DNA of 64,000 nucleotides from Amphiscolops sp. MND2022 (taxonomy: Eukaryota): positions 97,776,001-97,840,000 of the forward strand of contig OZ076409.1 of the NCBI GenBank assembly GCA_964187785.1, given 5' to 3'. Below the pieces are notes generated by a model. It made no database searches. It was not told the DNA's origin and saw only the letters and a list, made by a program, of their open reading frames with translations. Made by a program: the position numbers and the translations under genes. Positions 25,818-37,500 of this stretch are shown one piece after another (within the stretch, counting starts at the first letter, position 1; each line of letters begins with the position of its first letter).

Positions 25818-26006
25818 CAATTTTCGTAGTTCTGTATCGCTGTTATTTTGGAATTGTTTTACTGGGACTTAGCTGTAATCCCTTGACGACACGATCAAAA
25901 CAAGCACATTATCTGATGAGGTTGATCGACTGAGAACGTTTTCGTACAACAGAACAAAGAGGTATCTCTATTGCAACTAGTTGGTGCCTGAAGTAACGCC
26001 GTGGGT

Positions 26007-28496
26007 ATGGAAGACGAACAGCGACTTGCAATAATGGAGGCTGTCGCCCAAGGGGTGATACAGGGCCTCAACGGGAATGAGAATCGGCTGTTTGGCAATG
26101 GAGCAATCAGACCTGACAGCTTCCCCTCGCAGAACTATCCAGATTGGTCCCAATGGAAAACGCACTTTTACAGAGTTGGCAGAGCCAACGGATGGACTGA
26201 GTTGCAAGGTCTGCAAGCTGTGCCTGTGTGCTTGATTGGGTACGCATTAGACGAGTACAACGCTGCGCCTCGAGAACTGAGAGAGCAAGTGGATGGGGAA
26301 GATGCACCTACGTTAGCTGCCCTATTCAATCACATGGGAAGAGAAATGGGAATGATGCGTAATGACCGTTTGGGAAAAGCAGAGTTCAGAAACCTTCGAC
26401 AGCGACCAGAGGAAACTCTGAGAGAATTTGGTCGACGAGTGAGAAACATTGGAAAGATTGCCTACTCGGAGAAGGACCCAAACACGAGAGACGAGTTGTT
26501 TCGGGAGAAGTTTCTCGAGGGTTTGAGCGATGTACAACTGGAAGTTCAGTTGTTGAAAGAAAACCCACAAACATTTGGGGATCTAGTGAACAGGGCCGTT
26601 GACTTGGAAGTTATTGCTCGAACAACACGTGGCCGTTCACGGAATGAACAAGAGAGATACGAATTGTTTGGAAGGCAGCAAGACTCAAGTTGTGAGTTCC
26701 GTGGTTATTCGCCCGAACCGTGGAAAGAGGGGTTACATCAGCTCACAAGAAGAATGGACCAGATGACACAGATGATGATGACGTTTTTGGAAACTATGTC
26801 GACAACGGCGAGGCCTGAGAAGCGGGCTGGGGTGACGGACCCATGGAGAGACGATGTCATCCCTGTAGCGAGCGAGCGGAAGTTCCACGGGGACGGTTGT
26901 CTTGTAACTGATAAATGCCCTGTTTGCGAGCATTATGGACATTCTCCCCAACAATGCCCCAAACGGCAGGTGGTGGTCGAAGACGCTTCTGAGATGTTTG
27001 GGAAGTTGACAAGGGAGAAAGCCGCACAAATTGTTGAGAGGGCCGGCTTAGCAATAGAAAGAAAGGCGTTGAACGCTGTGCGAGTGGTTGACTGTTCTGG
27101 TTGTAACAGCGGTGTTTTTGTGAAAGCACGAATTGAGGGGAAAGAGATGGATGTTCTGCTAGATACAGGAGCTGGCGTGAACGTGGTGGACTCAAGTACG
27201 TTGGAATCGCTCAGACTCGATGACAGGGTCGAAGAATTTCGTGGAGAGTTGCGGTCTGTAGACGGTCAACCAGTGACGACTAAAGGATTAACCCGACTGA
27301 ATTTGCAGTTGGGACCCTTGAAGGAGCAAGAAGAGTTTGTGGTGGTTCCCCACTGCGAGCCATCAGTTATTCTAGGCTTGAACTTCCTGAAGAAGCACAA
27401 ATTTATTGTCGATTTTGGGAAAAACGAACTGTCCACACCCCCGCTATCCTCAGAACCGCTGAAAATGAGGGTAGTTGCTTCGAGCGAAGACGAGAGCAGG
27501 TGTTACCAGCGGAGCACGGACAACAGCCGTGAAAGCGTGGAGACTGAACTCTCACAGTCGGCACCACCCATTCAGCACTTGAGCGTTCAAGATAGCATGA
27601 ATCCAAGATGGGACTCCGGAGAGAAACCGCCAGCAGGGCGATGGGACGCAATGATTATTGACTCTGAGGCTGAATTCCGCATGATATCGACGACAGAGAC
27701 TAAGTACAGGAGTGATGACAGCCGATGCGCCATCGTTACTACCCTGAAACCTCATAAGATGACCCTTTTTGGCGATGATGACGTCGACGGAGGACGCGGA
27801 AACCTGAAGTACAAAGAGATTGAGGGAGACCTATTTTCGTCCAAAGGTTGTTTGGCTCACTGTGTTTCGGCAGATTTCCACATGGGGACCGGAGTTGCCA
27901 AGCAAGTCAAAATGAGGTATCCCACTACATATCCGAAGGACGTCAACCACAAGAAACAGCCAATTTTTGCGCAGTGGATTGAAGGAGAACATCGCTACGT
28001 CTATCACCTGGTCACCAAACAACGATACTTCGAGAAACCGACCTACGAATCCGTGAAAACGTCGCTGCAACAGATGAGAACCCACGCGGAGTGGTCTGGG
28101 GTCGACAGAATAAGCCTGCCAAGGATTGGCTGCGGTTTGGATCAACTGAATTGGAGTGAAATGAGAAGTCTAATTAAAGACGTCTTCAAAGGGAGTGACG
28201 TAGCTATTACAGTGTATGTATGCCCTCAGCAGAACCCGACTCCCAATTGCGAGACTGACGTCGAAGAAGTTGGAAGCAGAAGGGGAGAACGCCCTTCGCC
28301 CACACCTTCCAGCTCGGGGTACATTGACGACTGGTTCGACAGGAACCAACAATGGGAACTGGGAAAGTTCAAGGAGCAAGGGTTGCGGTCTCTCCGACAC
28401 GAGAGGAGCGAGAATGCAGGATTGTGGTCAGTCAAGCGCGGAGCGGCCCAGCCAGATGTCACTGCACCGTACAAACGTGAGAAGATGATGGCTTAA
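26007..28496 (+). CDS. Gag (capsid + CCHC knuckle) - aspartic protease - TARG1/OARD1-like macrodomain polyprotein
   Basis: Gag MHR-like LRQRPEETLREF; CPVCEHYGHSPQQC (26916-26957); LLDTGAG...ILGLNFL; macrodomain (~27804-28217) EGDLF..LAHCVSADFHMGTGVA...YHLVTKQRYFEKPTY...SLPRIGCGLDQLNW...ITVY. ORF is intact. Confidence 0.92.
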   Translation: MEDEQRLAIMEAVAQGVIQGLNGNENRLFGNGAIRPDSFPSQNYPDWSQWKTHFYRVGRANGWTELQGLQAVPVCLIGYALDEYNAAPRELREQVDGEDAPTLAALFNHMGREMGMMRNDRLGKAEFRNLRQRPEETLREFGRRVRNIGKIAYSEKDPNTRDELFREKFLEGLSDVQLEVQLLKENPQTFGDLVNRAVDLEVIARTTRGRSRNEQERYELFGRQQDSSCEFRGYSPEPWKEGLHQLTRRMDQMTQMMMTFLETMSTTARPEKRAGVTDPWRDDVIPVASERKFHGDGCLVTDKCPVCEHYGHSPQQCPKRQVVVEDASEMFGKLTREKAAQIVERAGLAIERKALNAVRVVDCSGCNSGVFVKARIEGKEMDVLLDTGAGVNVVDSSTLESLRLDDRVEEFRGELRSVDGQPVTTKGLTRLNLQLGPLKEQEEFVVVPHCEPSVILGLNFLKKHKFIVDFGKNELSTPPLSSEPLKMRVVASSEDESRCYQRSTDNSRESVETELSQSAPPIQHLSVQDSMNPRWDSGEKPPAGRWDAMIIDSEAEFRMISTTETKYRSDDSRCAIVTTLKPHKMTLFGDDDVDGGRGNLKYKEIEGDLFSSKGCLAHCVSADFHMGTGVAKQVKMRYPTTYPKDVNHKKQPIFAQWIEGEHRYVYHLVTKQRYFEKPTYESVKTSLQQMRTHAEWSGVDRISLPRIGCGLDQLNWSEMRSLIKDVFKGSDVAITVYVCPQQNPTPNCETDVEEVGSRRGERPSPTPSSSGYIDDWFDRNQQWELGKFKEQGLRSLRHERSENAGLWSVKRGAAQPDVTAPYKREKMMA

Positions 28497-29304
28497 ACAA
28501 CAACTATCACTTCGGAAGATTGACTTGTCTTTGGTTAGATATATTTGACCCGAGACTTCGATTCGGCTTGATGTCTTTATGACCCATAGTGAAACTTTCC
28601 TTAGTCTTACGTTTTTTTTTGTTTTTGTTTTTTTTTAAATATAAATCAGGTAACGCCCCACCCGTGAACACCTGAACCCCCTTTGACGTTGTTTCGAAGC
28701 GAGCAGAAGGGAAGAAAGAATTTTGAATTAGCAGTGCTAGATATTAGAATTTTGGGAATTACAAAAAAAATGGCGCCTCGAAACAATGTCACTCCCCCCA
28801 ATGCTCAAGGCAGGTTCTTGCGTATAATTTTCACGACCCAACGCGACCCGTCCCTGAGGTTTCCCCCTTACAAAGAAAATATGCCTCCTTGTTGAATTGT
28901 GACCCAGCCCTTTGTTTTACTCGATCTGAGACAAACTCTTCCATCAAAGCGCTGTTTCGCCTTGACAATTTTTTTTCAAATTATTTACGCCTAACCAACC
29001 CCCCTGACACTACTACCCCGATGTTACGACGCGGTGCTAAACCGTCGTTTGTATCTGGCGAAGAATCGTAGTACCCCCAGACTTGCTTTGATACATAGTT
29101 TTGTGCAGTACTTTTTTCTGTTATATACTTTGATCCCAGCAACCTTCTCTTTAAGGGCGCCTAGAAGACACAACCGAACCCTGAATCGTACTCGTTCGTA
29201 AGCATTAAAGGGGACTTTCTCAAATTAGAGGCAGAGCTATGAAAACTGTATTTCAATTTTAACGAAGGAAGTCGATGATGACAGATGATGTTTATACGGA
29301 TGAA

Positions 29305-29607
29305 TTAAAGTAAGAAATGTGGAGGGGTTGGCTCCCGCAGAGCACCCCAGAGTTTTTGGCGGGCAATGAGGAGACGAAGTTTTTGCACTCCCACCAGACC
29401 AATCTCCGATGTGGCGAGGTTCCTCAGGAAGATGACGAATTCTATCCAACCAGGGCTAAGGTAGTCCAGACATAACGCCCCTAATTCGCCCTCCACGGTC
29501 AGCTGGACCTCGTGACGCTCTGCAATTTCCATACGGGTGATCTCGAACACCACGCGGAAGTACTGAGATTCCCAATAAAGATTCAATAGGAAAGGACCTT
29601 GTGCCAT
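29305..29607 (-). CDS. Possible 100-aa antisense accessory ORF in the LTR element (MAQGPFLL...)
   Basis: AACAACATGG start context and protein-like composition; no homology recognised. Confidence 0.35.
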   Translation of the reverse strand: MAQGPFLLNLYWESQYFRVVFEITRMEIAERHEVQLTVEGELGALCLDYLSPGWIEFVIFLRNLATSEIGLVGVQKLRLLIARQKLWGALREPTPPHFLL

Positions 29608-29978
29608 GTTGTTATTCTCGTTTTGATTTAGGCGTAGAGGAATGCGTATGGATGTATAATTAAGCAGTACCGAAACTCCGAACTGGCGAAAAGTTGACTG
29701 TGGTAAAAGAGTAAATATGTCGAGTAAACAAAACTTCCAACGACGAAAATCCCACTTCATTTAATTATGATTCTTTGACGACGTCTAATCGTGAATAACT
29801 AAGCAAGCAAGTAGGGAACCATGAAAGTCCGTACCCGAATTGCCGATATAGAATAAGACCACAGGAAAATCTTTGTTTACCCTCTAAATGGCTCTCTAAA
29901 TAAAAGCTGGATAAAGAAACGCATCTATCATAAAGAATTACCCGTCGTTTGATACCTATTGTTCTTGCAATTGCATAG

Positions 29979-30281
29979 ATGGCTTTCAGAAAACTTTTCT
30001 TTGACTGGCCCCTACCGGACCGAACCAGACCGGTAAGATTGGATCGGATTAGATGCTGGTTCGATGGAGAACCTATCGTCGTTGACATTTTCTGTCGTGA
30101 TCTCTATTGTCATGAAGTAATTACAATACCTCCGAGGACATTGCTGTGGAATATTTTATTCGATTTTTTATATGACTGGGCCATAATACGAACCCACCAG
30201 GAAGATCAAGAAATTGAGGACGTCATAAGTTTAATCGAGTATATGAGCGACTTCATTCGACCCCCCCTTGTGCGTCAATGA
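29979..30281 (+). CDS. Possible 100-aa accessory ORF in the LTR element (MAFRKLFF...)
   Basis: ATGG start, protein-like composition, env-like position before the PPT; no homology recognised. Confidence 0.35.
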   Translation: MAFRKLFFDWPLPDRTRPVRLDRIRCWFDGEPIVVDIFCRDLYCHEVITIPPRTLLWNILFDFLYDWAIIRTHQEDQEIEDVISLIEYMSDFIRPPLVRQ

Positions 30282-30550
30282 TTCGGAGGAGTTCTACCGA
30301 AAGAGTCGAGTTATTTTTTTAATCGTTGTTATATTATAGTCCCTTTAATATGATGTTTAAATTGCCTACCTTAATGCGTTTTTTAATTGGATGTTATACT
30401 AGTTCATGAATACTCTAGAATATATTAACCAGCGGTGCTATCAATTCTTTGACCAACCATCCTCATCTACCCTGTTATATATGTTTAACCTAGATCCCAC
30501 GATTCAGCCAATGACAATACCGCTAAGTTTATTCGGGAGAATAAAAGTCC

Positions 30551-30562
30551 AGAAGGGAAGAG
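30551..30562 (+). promoter_or_regulatory. Polypurine tract
   Basis: AGAAGGGAAGAG immediately before the 3' LTR. Confidence 0.85.
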
Positions 30563-32520
30563 TGTGGAATTTTTAGATTTTGGCGTTTTAGAAAAATCCC
30601 ATCATTTTTGCGCGAAGTACATACGATAGGCAGAACTATGTTAATCATGTTTTAGACCGCCGGAGTAGTGAAAACAGCTGAACAGGCTGACAATAGCATT
30701 CTTCGATATGGCTTACTTGGCAAACTAGGTATTTACTTAGTAAACGATAGTTCTTCGGTAGAATTTAAAGTTAGTGAGTGACGTCAGCAATGAAATGACT
30801 CGAATCGGCTGAGTCAGAGTCAATCTCTCAGAGCGAATTTTACTAAGTCCCACTTAAGAGCGAAAATATTCTAAGACACGATATTAGGAAACAGAGGGGG
30901 ACCAAATCGAAAACCCCCCCCAGTCAGGTTTTTCTCAAAGACTATTCATCGTAGAGACTTGAAATTTGGCACACGTATACCTGAGCTGTTATGCTACGCT
31001 ACTGATCCATAAAAACGGAACCGAGCCGAGACCCCCCAGCCCCGGGCTATTAGCACCGGAAGTGACCTAGGTCGACCCCCCTATGAACTCGTCGGCCAAG
31101 CTCGGAATAAGTCAGATAATATATGGAATTGATAGCCCATAGGATATTAGGCCGTTTGCGCATATTTTCGGAAACCCACGACGCCCGTAGGAGGAGCACG
31201 GACCTTATGTAAATAAACCCCGAATGTTATGTAAATCATCACCGGATGACCCGAGGATCATGAAACTTACCCAAGATGTTCACCTAGTAACCCTAAGTAA
31301 TATACATGAAAGATACATTGATCGGTCCACCACGCGCGGAGTAATGTTTGTTTAAGGCACGCGGGACCGGACGCGCGGGCCTGACCGATAAAAGACATTC
31401 GACCTTGGCTTGTAATACCTCAAACGAACCGCAATGATGAATGTAGTCGATTAATAATGTGAATGAGACCGTATTTGTAACCCATGCGGGGGTAACCGCC
31501 TTAAGTAAACAAACGATACGCACATCATGTAACTCGAAGACCATCGACCCTAGGACGATATAACTTGGCATGTAGCAACTCTGGATGAGGACGAATAACC
31601 TCAAGGTCACTGATGGATCTCAAGGTCATTGTGGATGCAACCCATGAAAATATAGAGAAACTTACGATAAAACATGTAAATCAGCGCCGTTTGCGTGATA
31701 ATTTATGCATTTCAGTCAGGTGGAACGATTCGCGATGCATTGCGCCCAAAAGGACGAAAAAGTACCCCTTACACGTAGAGAACATGTAAACCATGTAATT
31801 GAAGGTCATTGAACGATTGTCTCGATATTGGAAATATCTTGGTGGACTTGAATTATTATTGAAATGTGAACTTTGTACAACCTTTATTGAAGTATTTGTC
31901 GTTGGCGGCGAAGTATGTCTGGCCGAAACATAACTAGGGAGCTGCCATGCCATAAAAGGAATGGAACTACATGAAGTTAAAAGCATGCAAATAAAAGAGC
32001 GACATCGGTACAACAAAAATGCGGCTGATGAATAAATATCTCAGGGAGGGAAAAAGAGACCGAATAGACACAGAAGAACGATTACGAAGCTAAGAGTAAG
32101 TTGAGCCGCGTGCGGGCAAGAAACCTACTCGAGATCGAATTTGACTTAACTGCTTTGTGAGAGCAGCGAATAAGTCACAAGTCCGGGACTTGGAAATCTT
32201 TGAGTGAATCGTGATTCTGGCACAGTCTTGTCGAGTTATTGTATTTAATTCATTCACCTGCTGTGCTATTGTTATTGCTTGGTTGAGTAGTTACGTACTG
32301 TGGAAATCTTCGACTTGTATTATCCAGATAATTCCTGAATTATAGTATTAATTGCAAATAACTTTTCTATAGTGTTTTGGAGTCGAAACTTGAGCACCGG
32401 AGAGACTTTGTGAAAAGAATACGCGATACGTGGACGAAACTTACTCACTAAAAACTAAACCTTTCTGTTAGAATCGAGCCTTTGGGATTTCTCTCCGACC
32501 CTCTAGCAAAAATTTCTACA
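30563..32520 (+). repeat. 3' LTR (1958 bp)
   Basis: Differs from the 5' LTR by one 5-bp insertion (GCTAC) and about ten substitutions counted by eye. Confidence 0.95.
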
Positions 32521-32747
32521 CCCGCCACTTTTTGTTAATACACAAATAACGCGAATAGTTCGATCGAATGGCGGATAAACAAATACCAGTTATTAGACCA
32601 GAACTATGCGTAATTGACGGTTTAACAAAATGGTAGTAAAACGAAAGGTGGGTAATTTGGTGAACGGAGGGAGATAGACCTCTTTTGTGGAAAATTAACG
32701 AACCTAAACACAAAATCAATGGCAATCAGCCGCTTTTAGGTTTTTGG

Positions 32748-33065
32748 GATCGCTTTCACTATATCCCCCCCCCTACAGCAAAAAGGGGGAAATGGTGAAA
32801 CGCTATTAAATGCATGTATTGCACATTCTAATAGCGCTAATCTGCTCTTATCTAACAACGCTTCTGATTGGCTGAGTGGGGATTTTGATGATAAGAACCA
32901 ATAAAAAGTGTCGTTAGTTATGACGACATCAATTGATTGACAGAATAGCATGAGAGATTAGCCAATAGGAGATGAATATAAAAGAGCCACAAACATTTAT
33001 ATTCTCTAGAGGGACATAGTGTAACGAGTGATATAGGGGGTTTGGGGACATAGTGAAAGAGATCC
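32748..33065. repeat. MITE-like element
   Basis: Imperfect TIRs GATCGCTTTCACTATATCCCC / GGGGACATAGTGAAAGAGATC. Confidence 0.55.
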
Positions 33066-33112
33066 GATTTTTGTTATCGATAACGACAAACTTTCTGAGG
33101 GTTAATACTCAC

Positions 33113-33205
33113 TTCTACATAAACAAAAGATTCACTGGCAACTCCGATCACAATTCCAATTCCAAGCGCCAGAAATATTCCAAAGTCGCCCAGAAGATTT
33201 CTTGC
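33113..33205 (-). CDS. SLC4-family transporter exon (TM7)
   Basis: gcttag|ARNLLGDFGIFLALGIGIVIGVASESFVYVE|gtgagt. SLC4 'R..I.DFG' motif; phase 0/0. Confidence 0.9.
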
Positions 33206-33693
33206 CTAAGCAAAACTGGATCAAGAAGTGAACCCTCACACAGGTCGAACTATTGAGGATCGAAAAGGATGAGGCTCTTTTCTGCCCACCCCCTCCCACC
33301 ACCAAAATTTGCGAAAATAAATTTCCTCAAACATTTCAGACTAGCCTAAGATAAAGTAAAACCTTCTTTCATAACAAGAAGTTAACGTCTATTATAAGAG
33401 TTTTTTGTTTGAACAAAACATTTTTCACTCACTTTGACTGTGATTATGTTCGAACTAACCGTTTTTTGTGACTTAAAACAGGAAGCTGCTAATTTCCTAA
33501 TCAAAAACGATTGTTTTCAATGGAGGAAAAGGATGTCAACAAAATTTGTATCTATATTTCAAACTGCTACCGTGAAATTAATTTCAAAATTGAAAAGGTT
33601 TTTGGTGCAGTTCTTAGTCATTTCCACTCTAAAATTTTCACTGATTTCGCAAAAAATGGTGATGGGAGACAGAATTGAACCCAAGTAACGAAC

Positions 33694-33951
33694 CCTCAGA
33701 GGCAAGTAGCTGCTATGTCGAAATTGTTTGAAGGCGAAAGCAACGAAGAGCACAACGAGGAAGAGAAAGAGGTTGAACCAGAAATCGCCAGGCTTAAAGT
33801 CATCTTTTGAACAGCACACGTAGTCTGTTTTCCACGAAGGACACACCCCCGGGTTAATTGGGTCTCCCAACTTGTAAGTCGCCTCCTCTAAAGAATTGTT
33901 CACCGTTTCGTAAAATGAAGTTTCAACCGTAAACATTTCTTCACTTGCCAA
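33694..33951 (-). CDS. SLC4-family transporter exon (end of extracellular loop 3 + TM6)
   Basis: ...CPSWKTDYVCCSKDDFKPGDFWFNLFLFLVVLFVAFAFKQFRHSSYLPLR|gttcgt. The acceptor position is uncertain. Confidence 0.8.
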
Positions 33952-34533
33952 CTGGTGGTATGGATTATAACAGAATGGGATTCAAACAAAGAGTATTTTA
34001 GCAGGAAAAGATTCAGATCTCAGCTACACTCTCGCGTTTTTAAATTTGAACACATTGTAAAAAGTCTAGAAAAACTTCATCCAAAATTTCGTTTCCGAGC
34101 GTTTTTTCACAACTTCCAGTGGAACTTTGAAAATAAAGCATGGGACCATATAAAGATTTACCTCTTTATTGAGAGAATAATTTATTTATTAGTTTTCTGT
34201 ATATTTCCATTTAAGTGCTGAAAATGTACCGTTTATGATTCACTTTTTCAAAACTATCGACATCAAAAAAATCACGAGTGCATAAACTTGAGCAGCCACA
34301 GCACCGTTTGCCTACGTACGCTATATTACCAAACTAAAGACAGCCAAATCTCAGGCGAAAACTTTAAAAATGCATTTTTTGAGTACATGCAATTGACAAA
34401 AAAGTCTCAGAAGCAAAGGTTTCGCAAAAGTACAACGATATTTTTGTTTTGAAGCCATAATGAAATCACATGGTGTAATTTGTGAATTTTCGAAATTTTC
34501 CGAGCTTCCTTACGCAATATCTAAAAAACTACT

Positions 34534-37500
34534 TGTAGAGGACAGACGAACTCTCACAAACTTTAGAAACTAATTAGTCTGCTTTCTTTATGTTATTTAT
34601 ATTAAATACCAGTCCTGCCACTTAAGCGCAGATGTATGTCTATACTCAGTGATACAAAAGACATCAGTGAAAACAAGTTAATTCTTAGATCTCTTACATT
34701 CTTTAACTAGCTAGAATAGAGATACAACATGGCGCAGTCAGAGTAACCCTCACAAGTTACTGAAGATTAATGGACGACAGCACAAATACCTCTCCAATAA
34801 ATGGAAGTACCAACGGGACGGTGACGGAAACGCACCAAAGCGGACAACCGCCACCAAACGACACAATGAATAGAACCACGGAACGGACCTGCACACAGAA
34901 ACTTACCATTCCTACATTGGACAAACAAGATTACACCAGTGCAAACATGTGGTGGCGGAAGTTTACACACTATATAAAAATGACGAAAGATCTAGATCTA
35001 TCAACGATGACAAACAGCAAAGAAATACTGCCACATTACCGTGATCAATTAGAAGCAGAAATAAAGGACATATTTCTGTGGGCAATTGAACAAAATGCTA
35101 TCACGGAAATGACCAAAACGGTTAGAGAAAGAGAACCAAGCTCATTACCGTTACACAAACTGTACTCACTGTTCCGGTTACATTTCACCCCAGAACGGAA
35201 TGTTCACCACAGCAGAGCCGATTTCTTCGAACTGAAACGGGAAGAAGGAGAGTCAGCGGCAGATGTCTGGAAACGGATACTGACAATCGAAAGAAACTGC
35301 GAATTCGAAACAATAACCGCAGCAGAATTACTAGCATCAAAATTTCTCTCCGTAATTGGAAAATCGACAGGCGATTACGACCTCAAGAAAACAATCAGAA
35401 AAAGTGACATGTCAGTGGAAGCAATCACTGATGCACTACACGAACATATGTACGAGAAATTAAATGACTCACCCGAAACAGAAGAAGAAAAGAAGATCAG
35501 ATACCTCAATAAAAGAAAAGCAAAAAGCTTCAAAGAACAAACAGATAAACCGATCAAATTCAAGAAAATGGACTGCAATAAATGTGGACCCCAAACTGAT
35601 CGAGACAGCACGAATGCCCGGCCAGAGGGAAGAAATGCGCAAAATGCGAAAAGATCGGCCACTACGCGAAATGTTGCAGAACAAACAAGAAAATAAACCG
35701 CATACAGGAACAAGAAACCAGTAGTGCGGAGGAAGACGACTGGTCACCGAACACAATCCATTGCATCAACCAGAAGATCCATTCAACCCGTCAAATGAAT
35801 AAAGACGGTCCAGACTTTTTCACTCTCACCGCATTGGTCAATAACCGACCAATCAATTTCATAATAGACAGCGGATCACCGGTGACACTAATACCAAAAT
35901 CACTCTTCAACAGGATTACACCGTTGAAACCGCTGAAAACGGAATATAGAGATGTGAATGACAATAAAATCCAATTCGAAGGAAAAACAACCGCAACAGT
36001 AGAAATAAACGGACAACGAAATAATCTGGAAGTCTTGATAACCACGAAGAAAACCAATCCCTTGTTAGGATTGGACTGGATGAAAAAACTGGGAATCACA
36101 CTGGACACCGGTAGAACCGATCCCCAGATAAATCACGTCACAGAAGACCCGGATATTATTTCCTTGAAAAGAAAGTTCAAAAAACTCTTTCACGAAAACC
36201 ACACCGTGGAAGGATTAGAAGTAAAAATACAGCTAAAAGAAGATGCGAGACTAATCCAACAAAAAAGGAAGACCAATACCGATTCACTTACAACAATCGG
36301 TTGAAAAGGAAATAAACAAATTAATGAAACAAGGCCACATTGAAAAAGCAAACAACATTGACGAGAATTGTTTTGTTAGCCCGGCAGTCATCACCGTAAA
36401 GAAAGGTAAATCGGTAAAAATCGCCCTAGATTCAAGGAAACTAAATGAGATAACCATCAAGAGAAAGGCACAAATGCCTAACATGGAGGAATTAATTTCC
36501 AGAATCTCCAGGAAAATTGCGGACGGACCGGCAGACGAAATATGGATCTCAAAATTCGATTTGAATTACGCATACGGTCAACTACTATTATCCAGAGAAG
36601 CCCGAAACTTGTGCATATTTGCCGTAACCGGTGGAAACTTTACCGGTTACTACCGTTTCCTGAAAGGGTTTTACGGATTAGCGGACATACCAACAATTTT
36701 TCAAGAAAAAATTGACCAAACATTGGAAAACAAACACCCAGCATGGTTGGACGACATAATCGTGGTAACAAAAGGCTCCAAAGAACAACATAAAAAAGAA
36801 CTGGTGGATGTACTAACCAGGCTAGAAAACGCCGGATACAGACTGAGCGAAAGCAAATCCGAATTCTTTAAAATGGAAATCGAATGGATTGGCCACAAAA
36901 TTGACCAAAACGGTATCAGACCGTTACAGGACAAACTAATGGCAATAAAAAATTTGAAACAGCCAAACAATGAGAAAGAACTCAAATCATTCTTGGGAGC
37001 CATCCAATACCTGTCCAAATACATAGACAATTTATCAGCACAGACGGACAGTTTGAGACAACTATTGAAGAAAGACACCGAATGGTTATGGACGGAAGAA
37101 CATACACGGGCCTTCGAAAATCTAAAACAAAAGATCACAGAAATACCGTGTCTGGCCCATTACAATTCAGACTACCAAAACGTGATAACAACCGACGCCA
37201 GTACAAAAGGCCTCGGTGCGACGCTATGGCAAGAACAACCGGACGGAAAATTAAAACCGATCGGTTTCGCAAGCCGACTTCTTTCCGACACTGAAAAGAA
37301 ATACGCAATTAACGAACTCGAATTATTAGCAGTAGTTTGGGGGTTAGAACACTTCCGACTATATATTTACGGCAAACCGATTAAACTACTCACGGACCAC
37401 CAAGCATTAGAACCGCTGATAAAGCGGAACCGATCCAATAAAACGTACAGCGCACGGCTAACAAGATGGCTTGACCGATTAGCACATTTCACAATAAACG

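Larger units (their letters stand above)
23847..32520 (+). mobile_element. Non-autonomous Gypsy-like LTR retroelement encoding Gag-protease-macrodomain
   Basis: TG..CA LTRs; 5-bp TSD CCCGC (23842-23846 and 32521-32525); PBS, PPT and a single long ORF; no RT, RNase H or integrase seen. Confidence 0.95.

Noticed and set aside
24572..32016. Duplicated 105-aa and 111-aa minus-strand ORFs
   Set aside because: They lie inside the LTRs, start at TTG and have no recognisable motifs; duplication only reflects LTR identity.
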